Positions 63,533-64,000 of a DNA stretch of 64,000 bases are shown one piece after another. The DNA comes from Marsupella aquatica. Its lineage: Eukaryota; Plantae; Marchantiophyta. The notes below the pieces were generated by a model. The model did not search any database, had not been told where the DNA came from, and was given only the letters and a program-made list of their open reading frames with translations. The stretch covers positions 4,777,241 through 4,841,240 of the forward strand of contig OZ316899.1 of assembly GCA_973895155.1 (NCBI GenBank), read 5' to 3'. Each line of letters begins with the position of its first letter. The first letter of the stretch is position 1. The position numbers were made by a program, and so were the translations under genes.

Positions 63533-64000
63533 TTTGCTCTATCAATGTGGAATAAGACTTATCCTTTTCTTATGTTGATATTGCAATTCCGATTAACAAT
63601 TCTGATCAGCAATCATGGATGGATCAATTGAAGTTATTGGCCTGTGATTGAGTTGTTTGTATGCACAACTGTAAGTCGAACTTCCCTTTGTAGGCCAGAT
63701 CCAAATTTGAAAGGTCTTGCTCAAAGTGTTGTCTTTCCCAATTTCTTCCCGGTTCAATTTGAGAGTATCCAGAGGTACAGTCTTCAATAATCTGTGCGCT
63801 GTGTCTATTGCTTCCGGGCAATTCCAATCTCCTTTATTGAATTTGAATGTGGAATCAACTTCGGGAAATCCATCCAATTTCAATTCGTCCTGGTTTCAAT
63901 TTCATTCTGATTTTGGGAAATCATATGCTGGATCTGTAAGGGTAGTGTATTGGGAGAAAGTATGATGGGAATTTTCTATTCCCTCGCTTGGCCTACATTC

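Larger units (their letters stand above)
37626..64000 (-). mobile_element. Ty1/Copia LTR retrotransposon (Bianca-like) containing CACTA B2 and a solo LTR; 5' LTR beyond the window
   Basis: 3' LTR and PPT at the left; RNase H, RT, integrase, protease and gag at 56163-63532 in Copia order on the same strand. DVVTAYLYG and IKGDKIKHIAPKLFYTHE match my recollection of Bianca-lineage signatures. Confidence 0.85.

Overview
This window is eukaryotic, land-plant-type heterochromatin (GT-AG introns, many C>T/G>A nonsense changes, plant CACTA/MULE/L1/Copia families; a non-seed plant is my guess only). I find no host gene. It reads as a five-deep transposon nest. (1) Two convergent MULE/SWIM transposase relics lie at 1-7209. 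(2) CACTA element A, whose TIR starts at 7210, interrupts the second MULE and holds solo LTRs, a ~704-bp tandem array and a 5'-truncated L1. (3) CACTA B1 starts at 27378 inside A. (4) A short-LTR Bianca-like Copia (3' LTR 37626-37784; gag-pol 56163-63532, minus strand) interrupts B1. (5) The Copia holds a complete 17.5-kb CACTA B2 (38362-55833, TSD TTA) and a solo LTR. The main finding is that two diverged CACTA families (A and B) carry the same ordered accessory cassette, which in B lies upstream of the transposase: a Cys/His-rich 'MVRTR' protein I do not recognise, a stand-alone EDM2-type composite PHD protein whose N-terminus resembles the histone H3 tail (MARTKHKSRK / MARPKI[R]AKK), a tandem-BRCT protein (B only) and an F-box-like protein with an FFAT-like motif. 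I interpret it as a candidate transposon-encoded anti-silencing/host-manipulation module. All family assignments are by eye and from memory; no searches were run.
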